Source: Macrostomum lignano
Lineage: Eukaryota
Reading direction: 5' to 3'
Assembly: GCA_002269645.1 (NCBI GenBank)
Contig: NIVC01004430.1
Location: 1 to 46,308, forward strand
Length of the DNA stretch: 46,308 nucleotides
The notes beneath the pieces are model-generated. The model ran no database searches and was not told the DNA's origin. It saw nothing but the letters and a program-made list of their open reading frames with translations. Positions 11,689-25,100 of this stretch are shown here, one piece after another (the stretch's first letter is position 1; every line of letters starts with the position of its first letter). The translations under genes were made by a program, and so were the position numbers.

Positions 11689-12860
11689 ATGGAATCCGAG
11701 CTACACCGCGCCTGCCGCCATCGCCATGAAGACACCGTGAAATCGCTGCTGAAGTCCGGAGCAGACCCGGACACTCGAGACTCATTTGGTCGGACGCCGC
11801 TGTGGGTGGCTAGTCAGCTTGGTTTCGTGGAAGTGATGACGCTACTAATAGATGCTGGGGCTCAGTTGGATTGTCCGCAGACTGATGGAGCAACTCCTCT
11901 GTTTGCAGCGGCTAAGGCAGGAGGCGACGCAGCTGTTGAGAAGCTACTGGAAGCCGGCGCTAATCCGGACCTCCGTTGTCTGGACGGGTCAGGTCCGCTG
12001 CTGATCGCGGTTCAGACAGGACACGTTGACGTTGTTCGGTGCCTGCTAGCGGCCGGAGCTGACGTCGACTTGAGGAGAAACGATCTCTCGTCGCCGCTGC
12101 TAATCTTGGCTCAATATGGACAACACAGCGTGCTAGAGATTCTGCTGCGGGCGGGACCTGATCTTCACTTGCCTAACAGAAATGGTTCGTGCCCGCTCTA
12201 CGCGGCTTGCTGGTTCGGCTACACCTCTGTCGTTGAAAGGCTGCACCTGGCTGGAGCAGAGGTGAACCACTGGAACAGCATCGGATTCACACCTCTGCAC
12301 AAGGCCGCTGAGAACGGGCATCTTGATCTGGTTCAGTTTCTAATTAAAATCGACGCCCAAGTCGATGCCCTCAGCAACACAGGTGCAGCACCGCTTCACC
12401 TGGCCGCCGAGAACGGGCACGCAAGCATAATCCAAGTTCTGCTTCAAGCCCGTGCATCGGTAAATGCACAGGATGAGGCTGGAGATTCGGCCATTCACCG
12501 TGCTGCAAGGCGGGGCCATAAAGATGCGCTCAGAGTGCTGCTGATGGCCGGGGCCGATGTGAACTTGGAAAACAATGTAGGGAACACTCCACTTACTGTG
12601 GCGGCTGGGCACTGTACTCAGCCTGAGGTATTGAGCCTGCTACTTTCCGACGCTTCTGTGAACTACATTGAAGCGGCGTTGTCGGCCTCTCTTTTCTACG
12701 GTCTCTCCGGCAACGCCCTGCAATTCTTAAGCGTCCTGCACGTTGATGCAAAGGCACTGAGACGGATTGTGCCAAAGTCGTGCATGCAACTGGCAACTAG
12801 CTGCTTGCATCGAGCCACAAAGAGAAACTCGAGTTTCAACCATTCTTCGATTTTGACAAG
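11689..12860 (+). CDS. Ankyrin-repeat exon (~10 repeats); probably the N-terminal half of an ANK-cGLR protein
   Basis: Repeated G-x-T/S-PL-H/F-x-AA...G-x-x-x-V/I-x-x-LL-x-AGA-x-V-N/D units. The ORF ends at AAG|GTATT (donor at 12861, phase 2). Confidence 0.9.
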
Positions 12861-13268
12861 GTATTAAAAAGGACACGGTCCTCTGGAATAGTAAGAGGGT
12901 ATAATTTAGTTATAGCTTGAGTAATTCGTAGTAAGAATTTGAATAAGTATGAATGAGTAGTGAGTATTTGAACAGGGGTCGGCAAGAGTAGCTCACTCTC
13001 GATTCTTGCGCCAGACCCACTGGTTGATTCCGTGCAATATTTATTTGGGGCTTGTGTGCACAACAATTGGCGGGAGGTTGGCGTGCAACTCACATCCATC
13101 CATGAGGGCCAAACCCAAGGCCAAGGCGTGTGTACGACTGTGTGTTTGCGTACAGTATTCGCGTGCTTGTATGTGCTCAAAGCAGAATGGGCAGCGGACG
13201 CTGCCCGGTGTTCCATGGTGCTCACAACCCAAATTACTATTACATACGAGTTATTTCAATCATTATAG

Positions 13269-15168
13269 AGCCAAAATTTCGGATGATCATCAGTTTAGTC
13301 AACTGCTATTTGAGTCTCTTTGCTGCTCGGGCTTTACAAGAGACGGCTCCGTCACTCAACAGGCGCAGGCAGATGTTCTACAACAAATAGTTCGGAAATT
13401 AAAGCCCAATACCTGTATAAATGTAGTTGGCAGCTACAGCGAGGGTTGGGGAAGCTCTCTAACAAGTCTGGACGGTGGCATTGACGAAGATTCCGACATA
13501 GACTATACGGAGATTCTGCCAGTTGAGCTGCATCTTGTTGGCTACTGCCAGTGCCCGGCGCCTGATTCCGAGAAACTATTGACGTACGAAGGCGGCTACG
13601 CTCGGTTTCGGGCTGCTAGTAAGCTCATCCACAATCAGCTTTTTTATCGTATAATGTCCTGTTTATCCTGTACTGTTGTACCCAGACGTTTTAAAAAGCA
13701 ATTACATTTCATATTCTGGCAATTTCTCTGTCTTTCAGCTGCGAACCCCAGCAATCCTCAGTTGCGAACGCTGCAATCGCCAGCTATGGATTACGTGAAT
13801 TCAGTGAGGGCTTGTTGCTATCCAGACATAGACGTGCTGACACCTGGTCGAGCCACTCACATTCCAAAGGACATGCTTGAAGCGCTACGAAACGAAGTAC
13901 TTCAAGCCAAGGCCCGTCAAGCATCACCGGCTCATTCTGTTCATAAGCCTGCGTCCCCGTGCCACCTGGTCAGAGCGGCGCCTCCGGACAGAGAGGGTGA
14001 ATGGCTGAGACTCAGCACAACATTTTTGGAGAGGCTGATGATTCGCGGCTTCAGCACGCTGCAGGGTCAACTATTCGTTATACTGAAGTTTATCATCAAG
14101 CGACACCTGTCCAAGACAGTGAGCGGGCTCAAGACTTACGTCGCGAAGACTTTAATGTTTCGCATGATACACGAGAGTCCAGCTGAGGAATGGCACCCAT
14201 CAAATCTGCTGCAACTGATCAAGAAGGCTTTGGGAATTCTGCTCGCTGGTCTGCAGCAGGGGGGAGAGCACGAGTGTCTGCCGCACTTCTTTGCGCCCCA
14301 AGCCGCCGTCTACTTGCGCAAAGGCCACTCGACAAAGCAAGACATATATAAGGCGATAGTTAGCACAACAAACAATCTTCGCCAACCATTGATAACGCTC
14401 ATGGACCAGCTGGTACCTACGAGTCACTCGGACTACCATCAGTTTCACCCATTCACATTGATACCTGTAACCTACGAACTGCAATCGGATTTTAAGATAA
14501 CCAGCTTTCTGGATCTTTATCCAGCGGCTTGGACTCTGCTGCGAGGTTTAGCAAGCGACTCGCATATATCGATGTCGCTTATCAACAGCATACCAGACTT
14601 TGCATTCGCTATGCGAGAAAGTTTTCGAGCGATGGCCCAACTGAAGAATGACAAGCGTGAAGATGCCTTGCACACGCTGAGATTGGCGCTTCACCACAGG
14701 GTCAGCCGAACTGTTGTCAAGAGACAAAAAGAGGCCACTGTGTCGGGCGTTTTTGAGTATTTGGAAAAGAAATTTGTCGCAGTGGATGCAAGCTACAGGT
14801 TCTGCTTTCGTTTCGATAAACGACCCGAGCTGAGTTTTCTCCCAGCTTTGGCTCGAATAAACTTTCCGCAGAAAATGCTTTTTTATGGCAACAGGTTCTT
14901 CATGAACTTTGACACCCTGCTCAAGTGGCTCAGCCTGGAACTCATCCCCAACCAAGCTCAAGGCGAGTCGCAGCGCTGGTTTGAAGAACTGCTGCACGAC
15001 CAGCACATTGACGCTCTCGACTTGGCGATGGCCTTGCAGTTCTGCTCAGACGGTAACATTCTGGCCGCTATTATTCAACGAGAGCGCAGTGTCATCGCTG
15101 CTTTGCCGTCGCTGCGACAGGGCTTGGAGGATTGCAAGCGCCGATTGGTGAGTCACCGAAGCTTCTGA
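13269..15168 (+). CDS. Mab-21/cGAS-like (cGLR) nucleotidyltransferase with helical C-terminal extension; exons 13269-13618 and 13739-15168
   Basis: Pol-beta NTase motif VVGSYSEG...DSDID, third acid in AMDYV. Mab-21 core WLRLSTTFLE...LFVILKFIIK...LKTYVAKTLMF...EEWHPSNLL...CLPHFFAP. Phase-2 acceptor tatag at 13267-13268; internal GTAAGC...TTTCAG intron 13619-13738. Confidence 0.85.
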
Positions 15169-16428
15169 AACAATCCACTGCCAACTAGGCAACTATCTTT
15201 CGGTATACTATTGGTACTGTTTCTGATATTGTCACAAAAATTTCGTTGCCTATCTCTGAATTCTGCAGCCAAACCTCAGCGACTGCTGCATCAGGCGGAC
15301 GCTCACAAGCGTGAATCGCCAGCTCCGAGTGGAGACTCGCTGCCGACGGCGGCGTCGGCGAAGTGGCCGGCTGGGCCAGATGGACCCATCGGCTTCTAAA
15401 GCCTAACTAAAAATTATACAAACTGGTCTTACGAGTATTACTATTAGTAATACGGTTGGAAAGCATAAAAATTAAGTATCACTGTCATCAGGTTTCAATT
15501 CAGTTCCGTTCTAAGACCCGAATTCGTCCGGTTCGTCCGGCTTTTTTGAGAACTCTTTCAGTTGAATAGCTACATGTACTGACCGCAAACCAGCATGGCT
15601 GATGAACAACTCAAGAAAAATCTGGATCGGACTGGAACCTGATGGTTGTGAACTCAACCCTATAATTTAGCGTTATTTTTGCGTGAATTTTGATTGCCTA
15701 TTCAAGTCCGTTAATTAACGTTTTTATTTAGGCACTTTTGGCTCCCTCCAAATGGTGTACGTCTTGAAAATTCAGAAAAATTTCTAAATCTCGTTTTTTG
15801 GTTAGAAAATGTCTTAAAAGCAACAAAGGGCATCCATTTTCAGTCACAATTCATTTTTAAGTGTCAGTTTTCGTCGTGTAATTTTACTCCATAATTCCGT
15901 GATTCGTGACAGAAATCAGCCTTTTTGCGACATTGATTTTTCTATTTCAATTATACTGACAGGAAATGCGTCTTGTCAACCCCTGCGAATACAGCGAAAT
16001 TCTTTACACAGCGTCTATAGATTGAAGACTTCTAACAGTACAAGCTGTGCGCTTTATTCCATTCAATTTATCTCTTATAAGAAAAACTTGGCTGCCTCGC
16101 CGTCTTCATTAATGGCCTGCTCGATCGGAGAGGCAAAAGCTGGCGATGCGGATGCAGTCAGTAGAAATTGGATTAGCCATTGGCTGACGGCATAGCTGAT
16201 TCAATCTGAGGTCTCTGATTCCGAGAACGGGGCCTCAAACTCGGAGACGATAGATTAATTGGCTTGCCAGCCGCCTCGGCACTCAGACAGGCGGAGCGGC
16301 CGTGCATTTTTCTGCTGCACAGTTTCAGTCTGCGTCAAAATTTTATCATTGCTTGATCCGTTTTGTTTCTAGCAGACAAGACTGCCCATTCATTTTAATT
16401 GTGGCGTGATTTTTGACGGCTTATGGAA

Positions 16429-17297
16429 CGAGGGCTGTCGTAAAAAGTAGAGTTACAATTTTGATTTTATCTCTATTTCTGTTGATACAAAAAACATTAC
16501 TTCGCACAATCTCGTAGCGGAAATTCTCTTCTTTGCATTAAATTTAACATCTTTTAAAATAGACTATGAAAACAAAAGTTATGAACAAAAATGTAGCAGG
16601 AACTTGACCATAGGCTTACAGTAGGTCAACAAGTTATCGGAAAGTAGCGAAGTACTTTTTATTGAAAGCACTCAGACTTCTTTGTTTGGCTGCTGTGACA
16701 AAGACATATCTATGAAAAAACTTGAAGAAACAGAGAACTTTTATAGCAGCAGAATATTTCCCATTGTTGACTTACTATATAAGTCAATAGTCCAGTTCCT
16801 GTTACATTTTGTTCATAGCTTTTGTTTCCATTGTTCAAAATGTCTATGGTAATTTACGTTTAGCCAATGACATTCAAGCAATGACCGGTCATTGTTTGAA
16901 ATTGACAATAAAGCATTTTACCGTGATATCATTTTAGAAAACGAACGAGTCGATGAGCGTCAAATAAAATAGTCTATGGTTGTAAGGGGGGGCTTCGCCC
17001 CCACACCCCCATTCCCCCTACCCACTCGAATCCTGATGGACAAATTGACCAATGAAGTTAGCTGGAAGTGAGAAACCATGGTAATGGTCAAATGCTATCG
17101 CCGCTCGTGTCTATCTATGGCCATTACCATGAATTCTCACTTCCAGACGACCCCCATTGTCTGTTTTAAAAGATGTTGGGAGCGTAAATTTAATAAATAA
17201 GAGAGTTGACGTAATAAAATTGTGCGAAATTATGTATTTGGATCATCAGAACGAGAGATATAATCAAAAGTAACACTTTACTTTTGGACAGCCCTCG
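16429..17297. mobile_element. Tc1/mariner-type non-autonomous element (MITE) with ~135-bp TIRs and two internal hairpins
   Basis: CGAGGGCTGTC...GACAGCCCTCG|TA termini; 16429-16563 aligns to the reverse complement of 17158-17297. Internal inverted pairs at 16566-16632/16765-16831 and 17062-17090/17118-17146. Confidence 0.8.
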
Positions 17298-18304
17298 TAG
17301 AAACTTACTAAAAACTCTCACCCCTGTTTGTACTCAAAATTTCTTTGCCAATAAAGTGCAGGTCGTGTGACTTTCGGTCATGCTTCAATACAAGCAAACA
17401 GGAAACTCAGTCTGATTGGAAAACCCAGTCAGAAGCCTGAAGATGAGGAGAAGTTAAAAGGGGCCAGGCAAGACAAAAATTCCACTCTTCCTTCTTCGGA
17501 AAAGAGTCAATTAAGTCCCGGCTTGTGCCTCTTAGTTGAAATCCTGCGACTACATTTGCCTGGTCGAGCTGTTGATACGCAGCCTCGCCTGCTCCACTGA
17601 GACAGCCGCCGCTATTAGCGGCAGAGGAAATTCCGATCGCCATGCCTGACTCCGGGCTCGGGGCTGCCGGGGAGCTGCTCCGCCGTGTCCCAGATTCTCG
17701 AGGCCAACTCTTTCTAATTTGTTTTTCTTTACTTGCGACCTCGGCAACCTCTGTAGCGAGAAAAAAATAACCTTGAAAAAGTTTCATTCATCTCTACGGC
17801 CTTCTCTCGTCCCAGGAAACCGGATGGAAGCAGGGCAAAGAGGACGCAAAGCTGAGCACTAGCCTGCGGTGCTCCTCAGGATACTGACAGGACTGTCTGT
17901 AGTTCCATTTCTGTGCACCAATTAGTAAACAAGGTCTGACCACAGGTATTTATTATCTGTGGTCTCTACAAATATAGATTCTGCACGACTTCTGACTGCC
18001 AAAAATTGACTTCTCACCCTCGCAACCTTCAGTTTATTCTAGCAATGCCCAAGATTTCTCCTATTTGGTAATCTCATCAAACCCAGACTTTTACCCTTGG
18101 TCTGATCCATTTGACATTTAACAGAAAGATGGGACACTTTGATTCTTAGAAAAAATACGTTCGCATTTTATCGCTGAATTTGTGTGAAAAAAAGCAAAAC
18201 GGAAATAGAAACTTATCGGAAGCAGACCACAGCAGATGAAATGAGAAACCAATTGTAAAATGGACTTTGGCGTCGCTCACAGATTTTTTGTCTAGAGAAT
18301 GTTT

Positions 18305-19275
18305 ACGTCACTCATTAATGACACAGCGTCACTCATTAATTACACAGCGTCACTTATTAATGACACAGCGTCACTCATTAATGACACAGCGTCACTCATT
18401 AATGACACAGCGTCACTTCTCATTGATGACACAGCATCACACATTGATGACACAGCGTCACTCATTAATGACACAGCGTCACTCATTAATGACACAGCGT
18501 CACTCATTATGACATAGCGTCACTCATTAATGACACAGCGTCACTCATTAATGACACAGCGTCACTCATTAATGACACAGCGTCACTCATTATGACACAG
18601 CGTCACTCATTAATGACACAGCGTCACTCATTAATGACACAGCGTCACTCATTATGACACAGCGTCACTCATTAATGACACAGCGTCACTCATTAATGAC
18701 ACAGCGTCACTTCTCATTGATGACACAGCATCACTCATTAATGACACAGCGTCACTCATTAATGACACAGCGTCACTCATTAATGACACAGCGTCACTCA
18801 TTAATGACACAGCGTCACTCATTATGACACAGCGTCACTCATTAATGACACAGCGTCACTCATTAATGACGTCACTCATTAATGACACAGCGTCACTCAT
18901 TAATGATACAGCATCACTCATTAATGATACAGCATCACTCATTAATGACACAGCGTCACTCATTATGACATAGCGTCACTCATTAATGACACAGCGTCAC
19001 TCATTAATGATACAGCATCACTCATTAATGACACAGCGTCACTCATTAATGATACAGCGTCACTCATTAATGACACAGCGTCACTCATTAATGACACAGC
19101 GTCACTCATTAATGACACAGCGTCACTCATTAATGACACAGCGTCACTCATTAATGGCACCGCGTCACTCATTGATGACACATCATCACTCACTAATGAC
19201 ACCGCGTCACTCATTATGACATAGCGTTACTCATTAATGATACCGCGTCACTCATTGATGACACATCATCACTTA
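18305..19275. repeat. 21-bp minisatellite
   Basis: Tandem unit GACACAGCGTCACTCATTAAT with occasional 20/23-bp variants. Confidence 0.97.
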
Positions 19276-20750
19276 ATAAAGCATTAATAAATGATAACAA
19301 CTCGATCTGCTTCCCGTGAAAACATGAAAACTTGAAATATCTGCCGAAATATTTGTCTAGGGAAATTGAGTTTTCCATCATTCTACTTCAGTCGTAATTG
19401 GCTTGATCTTGAATTACAATGGCATGTACAGGAGTCATCACCCGAAAAAGTAAGATACGTATAAATAACAGAAAATTTGTCTCAAAGCAAGCGAATTGCT
19501 TCATCGGCAGTGGCTCCCTCACAAAAATGCAATAGGCGTGGCAGCTCAGTCTGCTTTGGTGACCTTGTAGAGTTATTACCGAAACCATGGAAACGAAAGC
19601 AGCTTAATCTGCTAACACCACCTGCTTCAGTGTCCGAACTGACACAGCAAACCCGACATTGCCTCCGAACTCATCATCGCATCCATATAATCGAATCTCC
19701 AGACAAAAGCCTATGAGTATACTTAACGCTAATCCTCGAGCCGAATTAGCATACCATCCCGTTCTAATCCGCGTGGACACGAGCGGATAGTCAAGCACAT
19801 ATGCAGGAATGGGACCGGGCTAGCGTTAATACCTTTATTCCCGGTGCGTGCCCAAGTGTGTGCAGCCGGATTGCGTTGAGCGGAGTCTCAACTCTGCAGC
19901 CTACTGGAATCTTTTGTACACAGTAGCTTCTGGGACTTCTGGGCAGGATTTGGGATTGAATCTAGAACGGGAGATTTATGGATAATCCTCCCAACTCTAC
20001 TCATGCTCACTGGCAGCCAGTTCCGGACGGCCTGTGGACGCGCGCTGAAGAACAATGTTACCTAAATCAAGAAAAAATGAATTTGATCCAGCTAAAGCAG
20101 ATTTAAACTTTATAGGCTCTCGTAATTAACGTCGAGTCGTTAGCGCTTGAGTGGTGATGATGCGGGAGGCCAGCAAGGACTTAGAAATGCTAGAAATCGA
20201 ACTCAGGCTGTATTTGGCACGAGAGACTCAGACGTGTTACCGCTGAGCTCGTTGAATGAACTCTCGTCACCAGCATTTTTAATCTTGAATTGAAAAAAAT
20301 AAAACGACGAAACACCGTTGTTTTTCTCGTTCGTTCTTATTGTTGCTGACAGACTATCTATAATTAATTAAAACAAAAATTATTAGACGTAGAAAATCAA
20401 GAAAATCTACGAGATATCTCATTTTGAATATTCTTTAAACTTATGAGTGGATAGATTTCTAGGAAAATGAGATTAATAGGTCAACATGGGTCAATATCGA
20501 CCGCTGTCATCCATCGGGGAAAAGGTCTGATTTAGCTCGGATACACAGATATACACAGACAATTTTTCCTAAAAGCTCTAATTGACTTTGCTGCAGCAAA
20601 CAAATTTTTAAAATATCCGGAAACTGCTCAACTATTACAGCCAGAAATTATGCGCTTGTCTGCTTTCGCAACGGTTAGGAAACAATGGAACACGCGATGA
20701 ATTTATAAAGTACATTTTGACCGTAATTTCACGGACCATGCAGTTTTAAA

Positions 20751-22199
20751 TCAATATTCAATAGTGAACCTTGGCGGCTTTCGTTCGGAGTCCAGCAGCG
20801 GCTCGCATGGCCGAATGGCGACCAACTCGATGTGGTCCGGCCTGATGGACTGCCGCTCCAGACGGTCCAGGCCGCCGGCCGCCGTGCGCACTGACGGAAG
20901 GCGGCTCTGTCTGCTTAGCCGCCTGTCGGCGTACACTGGATTGGTGCCACCCAGAACTGCTGGGCCGCCGGACAGGCAGCCAAGCGTCTGGCGAAGCTCC
21001 TGACGAAATCGTTGAGCGGAGGCAACGTAAAGAAAGAAATTAGCCACGTGGCTCAGGTACATAATCATCTCGGCGATAGCTTCGATCAGATAGAAGTTCG
21101 CTATGCTGGCCATGTCTCTCGATCGAGTCAAATCGAATAGGAAAATTGACAGTTTCAGCAGAGCGATGGGCAGAGTGCAGAGCAGGTAGCAGGCGCAAAT
21201 TGTGCTCAGCATCACAGTCACCTGGCGGGCCGATCGGCTGCGCGGCGGCTGATTCGCCTGGTGATTGTTGCGCCAGCCGCTGAGGCAGCGCGGACGCAGC
21301 AGTCTGATCACCATGGCAGCGTTCAGCAGCAGAATAATGCCAAACGGCGTCAACAGGTAGCAGACGGTGTCTAGCCAGTAGACAGTGTAGTCAATGCCAA
21401 GCGAGGGACGCAGGTCGCAGTCGTTGTAGGCGTACTCACGAATCTCTGGGAGCAAGGAACCGTTAGAATCGTCCGCAGCAGCTCTGTGCGTGTAGTTGAT
21501 TAGCTTTGGCTGCAGCGCCACGGTCCACATCCAGTGCGAGTTGAGCACCAGGTCGGCGAGGCAGATGACCAACGCCGTGGCTCGAATCCTCATACCGCTG
21601 TCGGTGCTCGTGCTGGCTCGCAACGGAAATACGACGGCGTAGAAGCGCTCAATTGTCATGGCAACAATTAACCACACGGACGCGTAACTAAAGGAGAACT
21701 GCAAGTAGGAAGTGAGCTTGCAGCCAAACTCGCTGATTGTTTCTATTCGAATGCCGAACATCTCCTTGAGCCACTTCCAGAGCAGAGCGGTGGAAAGAAC
21801 TAACTGGTCGGTGATGGCAATGAGGATGAGGTACAGGTACACCGGGACAGTCTTGGAGTGCCGCCGCAGCACCGCCAGGCCCAGCAGGTTTCCAACGGTG
21901 CCCACCGTCAGCAGGACTGGCGGGACGGCGCACTTCACCAGCTTGCTCAGTCTGTAGGCCCTGTAACGGTCGTACATGGCCTTCTCGTAGGGAAAAATGT
22001 GCATCTCGCCGTTTTTTGCCGGGCTATAGGCGACCAAAGTGATTGACAGAGCGGCCGAACTCTGTGTGCAGCTGGAGACGGATAGAAGTATGCTGGATTC
22101 TTGTGGGGGGGGGGGGAATCGAAGGCAACTCGCTATTGAGCTATTCGCCCCGATCCTCTGTGCCTCATCGCTTGGATGAAGCTCAGCAGCCAATGGCAT
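20751..22199 (-). CDS. Intronless class A (rhodopsin-like) GPCR, neuropeptide/FMRFamide-receptor-like; true start may be the Met at 22004
   Basis: Seven hydrophobic segments: TM1 GTVGNLL, TM2 IAITDQLVL, CKLTSY, TM3 MTIERFYAVVFPL, TM6 YLLCTLP, TM7 ANFFLY followed by FRQEL. Confidence 0.92.
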   Translation of the reverse strand: MPLAAELHPSDEAQRIGANSSIASCLRFPPPPQESSILLSVSSCTQSSAALSITLVAYSPAKNGEMHIFPYEKAMYDRYRAYRLSKLVKCAVPPVLLTVGTVGNLLGLAVLRRHSKTVPVYLYLILIAITDQLVLSTALLWKWLKEMFGIRIETISEFGCKLTSYLQFSFSYASVWLIVAMTIERFYAVVFPLRASTSTDSGMRIRATALVICLADLVLNSHWMWTVALQPKLINYTHRAAADDSNGSLLPEIREYAYNDCDLRPSLGIDYTVYWLDTVCYLLTPFGIILLLNAAMVIRLLRPRCLSGWRNNHQANQPPRSRSARQVTVMLSTICACYLLCTLPIALLKLSIFLFDLTRSRDMASIANFYLIEAIAEMIMYLSHVANFFLYVASAQRFRQELRQTLGCLSGGPAVLGGTNPVYADRRLSRQSRLPSVRTAAGGLDRLERQSIRPDHIELVAIRPCEPLLDSERKPPRFTIEY

Positions 22200-25100
22200 G
22201 GAGGCGCATCAAGCGTTCGGAAGAAATGTTTTTCTATACAGCTGAAAATTGCCGGTGCAGATAGACATACAGGGCGATTACATTAATTTCGGATTTACTC
22301 GAATACTCGTTAGCATGCAGCATTACCGATTGGTTTTGGGTCAGTGCCGAAGATTTCAAAAAAATGTCTAAGGAAGGAAGTAAGCGCAATTTTCTAACAA
22401 TGACCACTGTATTATCTCTGCTTGCAATGCAATAACAAATAAATAATAGTGTGTTTCTTCAAGCCGAGTGTCATTTTCCTGGCAAGGACTACTGATCAAG
22501 TAGAAGTACGTATTTTAGGAGGCAGTTTTTAAAGAAAAAATACACTACTTTTCAGCACAAAAATAGTTATTGCCTTTGATAAAAAGCAGACCCAATGTTC
22601 ATATTTTGATATGTCTCGCCTTTCTTATATCAGATAGCTCTATTGATTTTATAAATCATTCTTAGCTTAATGACTGGTGTAAAAATGTGCAACAGAATTA
22701 TAAAAATCGATTCATAAAACCAATGAGTCGAGCTGTGCCATTCTTACGACTTTTAGGCACAGCATGCACGGGAAATCGTAGGTAGGATATAAAATACGAA
22801 AGCCTATTATTGAGGTAGGACTAAAAAGTGAACTTTGTATTCGGTGGAATTATCCAAACGGCAGTCAGAATTGTATAAAAACCTGATATTATAGCTCAGC
22901 GATCAATCATGCATACGAGAATACTGATAGGGATCTGCAGCCGATTCCTGTGAGACCCACAGAGGAAGAGGAAATCAGTAACTTCCATCTAACAGTCGTC
23001 GCCGCCATTCCACGAACTTCCTTTTCTTGTGTCCGACCGCGATCGAAACCGTGCATTTATAGTCGGGAAGAATTCGGGCGAACTTGAATTCAATCAGATT
23101 GCGGATTCGTATCTTAGTCGTCGCCATGGCAACTAAGCTCAACAGACTCAGAGTGCAGCGCGTTCTGACACATGGATTCTGAGATTGCTTAGGTCTCGAT
23201 AAGATCTGATTGCAGACATCAAATTGCAGTGAATGAGATTCTGCACTTCCGATCTCTGCCACTGTGAATATGGGTTCGGAGAGTCAGCCAGGCGTTCGCT
23301 AATCACAAAATTAGCGACATCAGATTGTGGCTGCATGCTGCAAATCAGTTTGACTCAGACAGCAGAGCTCAGGGAATATCATGCACACGTATATTGCAAT
23401 ACATGTATCTATAAAGTCCTGTGGTCGTCTGCAATACGCACAGCCCAGAACTAGTCATTTGAGGCAGAAACATCTTTATAAATAGACTCTCTTTCTCCCA
23501 CATCCTGGCCTTAGCTGCAGACCATGCCAGGACGCCATCTAGTTCTCTAATTATCTTCGATTCACTGACCCGACCCTTAATTGCAGTCGATGTGTGCAAG
23601 GTCTCACAAGGTCTCAAATTTTCCTGTTTTTTGCGATGTCCGTATCGGCATTTGCCAAATACGGCTCAAGTCCTGCTCTCTTTTTCTTTTTGCAATCCAA
23701 TTGCGTTGCGTCTATTTGCCTTTTATTGCAGTTCCGAAATCCCGGGATTGGGCCCGAATCCCGGGATAAACAAATTTTTGTTCTTTTACAAAGTGTTGTA
23801 AAATTAACATATTGGGCCCCAAACTACGAAGTAGTTAAAATAATTATACTGCGCTCATTTCCGTTAATCACCTCGCGTCGCGTGGCGTCTAATTAAACCC
23901 GCGAGTGTGCAGAAAACAAAAAGTGTTGTCAGAATTTTCGTTTTCATTTTTTCAAATTACCTTATGGATAAACTTAGTATTGGCAAATTGTCTTTAAAAA
24001 TACATTAAAATAATTCTATTTAACAAGATAAAAGTTGGAGCTGACTATAACAGATCGTCTAAGGACTACCGGAATTGTAGCGCGCAAGAGCTAGAGATGG
24101 ACGACACACGTTTTGTTGAAGGAACACATTTTACACAAGGATGAATTATTGCCTTTGGATCCAAGGATTGAACATTATTTTTTCAACATATGAACATAGA
24201 TTAAATTATGGGTGTTGTGTATTAAGAGGTGCCTGGAAAGTCGAATGTCAAAAGATATCATGGATTAAATTAGTGTAGATAATTCCATATAGCTCGTACA
24301 GGTACATGTACATGTATGCATGAAGTGATTGATTGATCTTAATTAAAATTGATTTTATTCATCACACAATCGCTCTGCTGTACATAGTACGATCGTGTCC
24401 GTGAAAATTTAGTCTGCTGGCTTAATTGGGTTTATTAGTATGGGACATCATATTGTCATTAGTTCGGATCAAGTCGGGCTCGCCAATTTACATATGTAAT
24501 TCGCTCGAGCGAATAAATATTGTTAGAAATTTTAAGAAGTAGTAAGCAAAAATGGATGATCGAGTTCATTTGCCACAAATTAGCTTTATGTACATGTAAG
24601 CTGTGCATGCAATTTATACTCGTACATGTAGTCCAGACCAGCAATGCAATTAAAGAGACGTGTAGCGCTATCATCGAACTCGTTGCCACAAGCAAGACCG
24701 CTAACCGCAGATCCTAAAAAATAACTACATTTACAGACGAGGCATATATACTTATTAGTAAAACAGGTTTTTACTTTCAGTTCAGTAGCAAAGAATGTAT
24801 AAGCTATTATATAAAATAAAGGCAGCTGAAATGACTTCGAGAGTTTAGAAGTTTTAGAGTTTAGAAGCCCAAGCTTGCAGGCGTAAACAACTTGCTATAA
24901 TTGGTTCAGCAATATGTACAGTAGCCACGTCCCCTGAAATTTACATTGCAGTTTTAGGCTGGAATTCCGAGAAAAAAGTTGGGGCGGGTGGGGTGTGTGA
25001 AAGGCGGGGGTCGGAGGGTCAATAGCTGCATGGGGGTACAGTATACATAAGAGCCAATAAATGATCAGCCTTGGCTGTAAATTAAGAGGCTTGGCTTTTA

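Noticed and set aside
13006-13268. N-terminal 88 codons of the 720-aa ORF as real protein
   Set aside because: TTG start, low-complexity Cys/Val-rich text, and a phase-matched acceptor at 13268 suggest intron. A small middle exon cannot be excluded.
17407-17787. 126-aa minus-strand ORF (with GC-rich patches at 15300-15400 and 16100-16320) as a gene
   Set aside because: No recognisable domain or consistent splice chain; could be exons of an unidentified gene but cannot be supported.
18305-19275. CRISPR-like array (also considered for 30262-30940 and 32600-33327)
   Set aside because: Head-to-tail repeats with no unique spacers, no cas genes, eukaryotic context.
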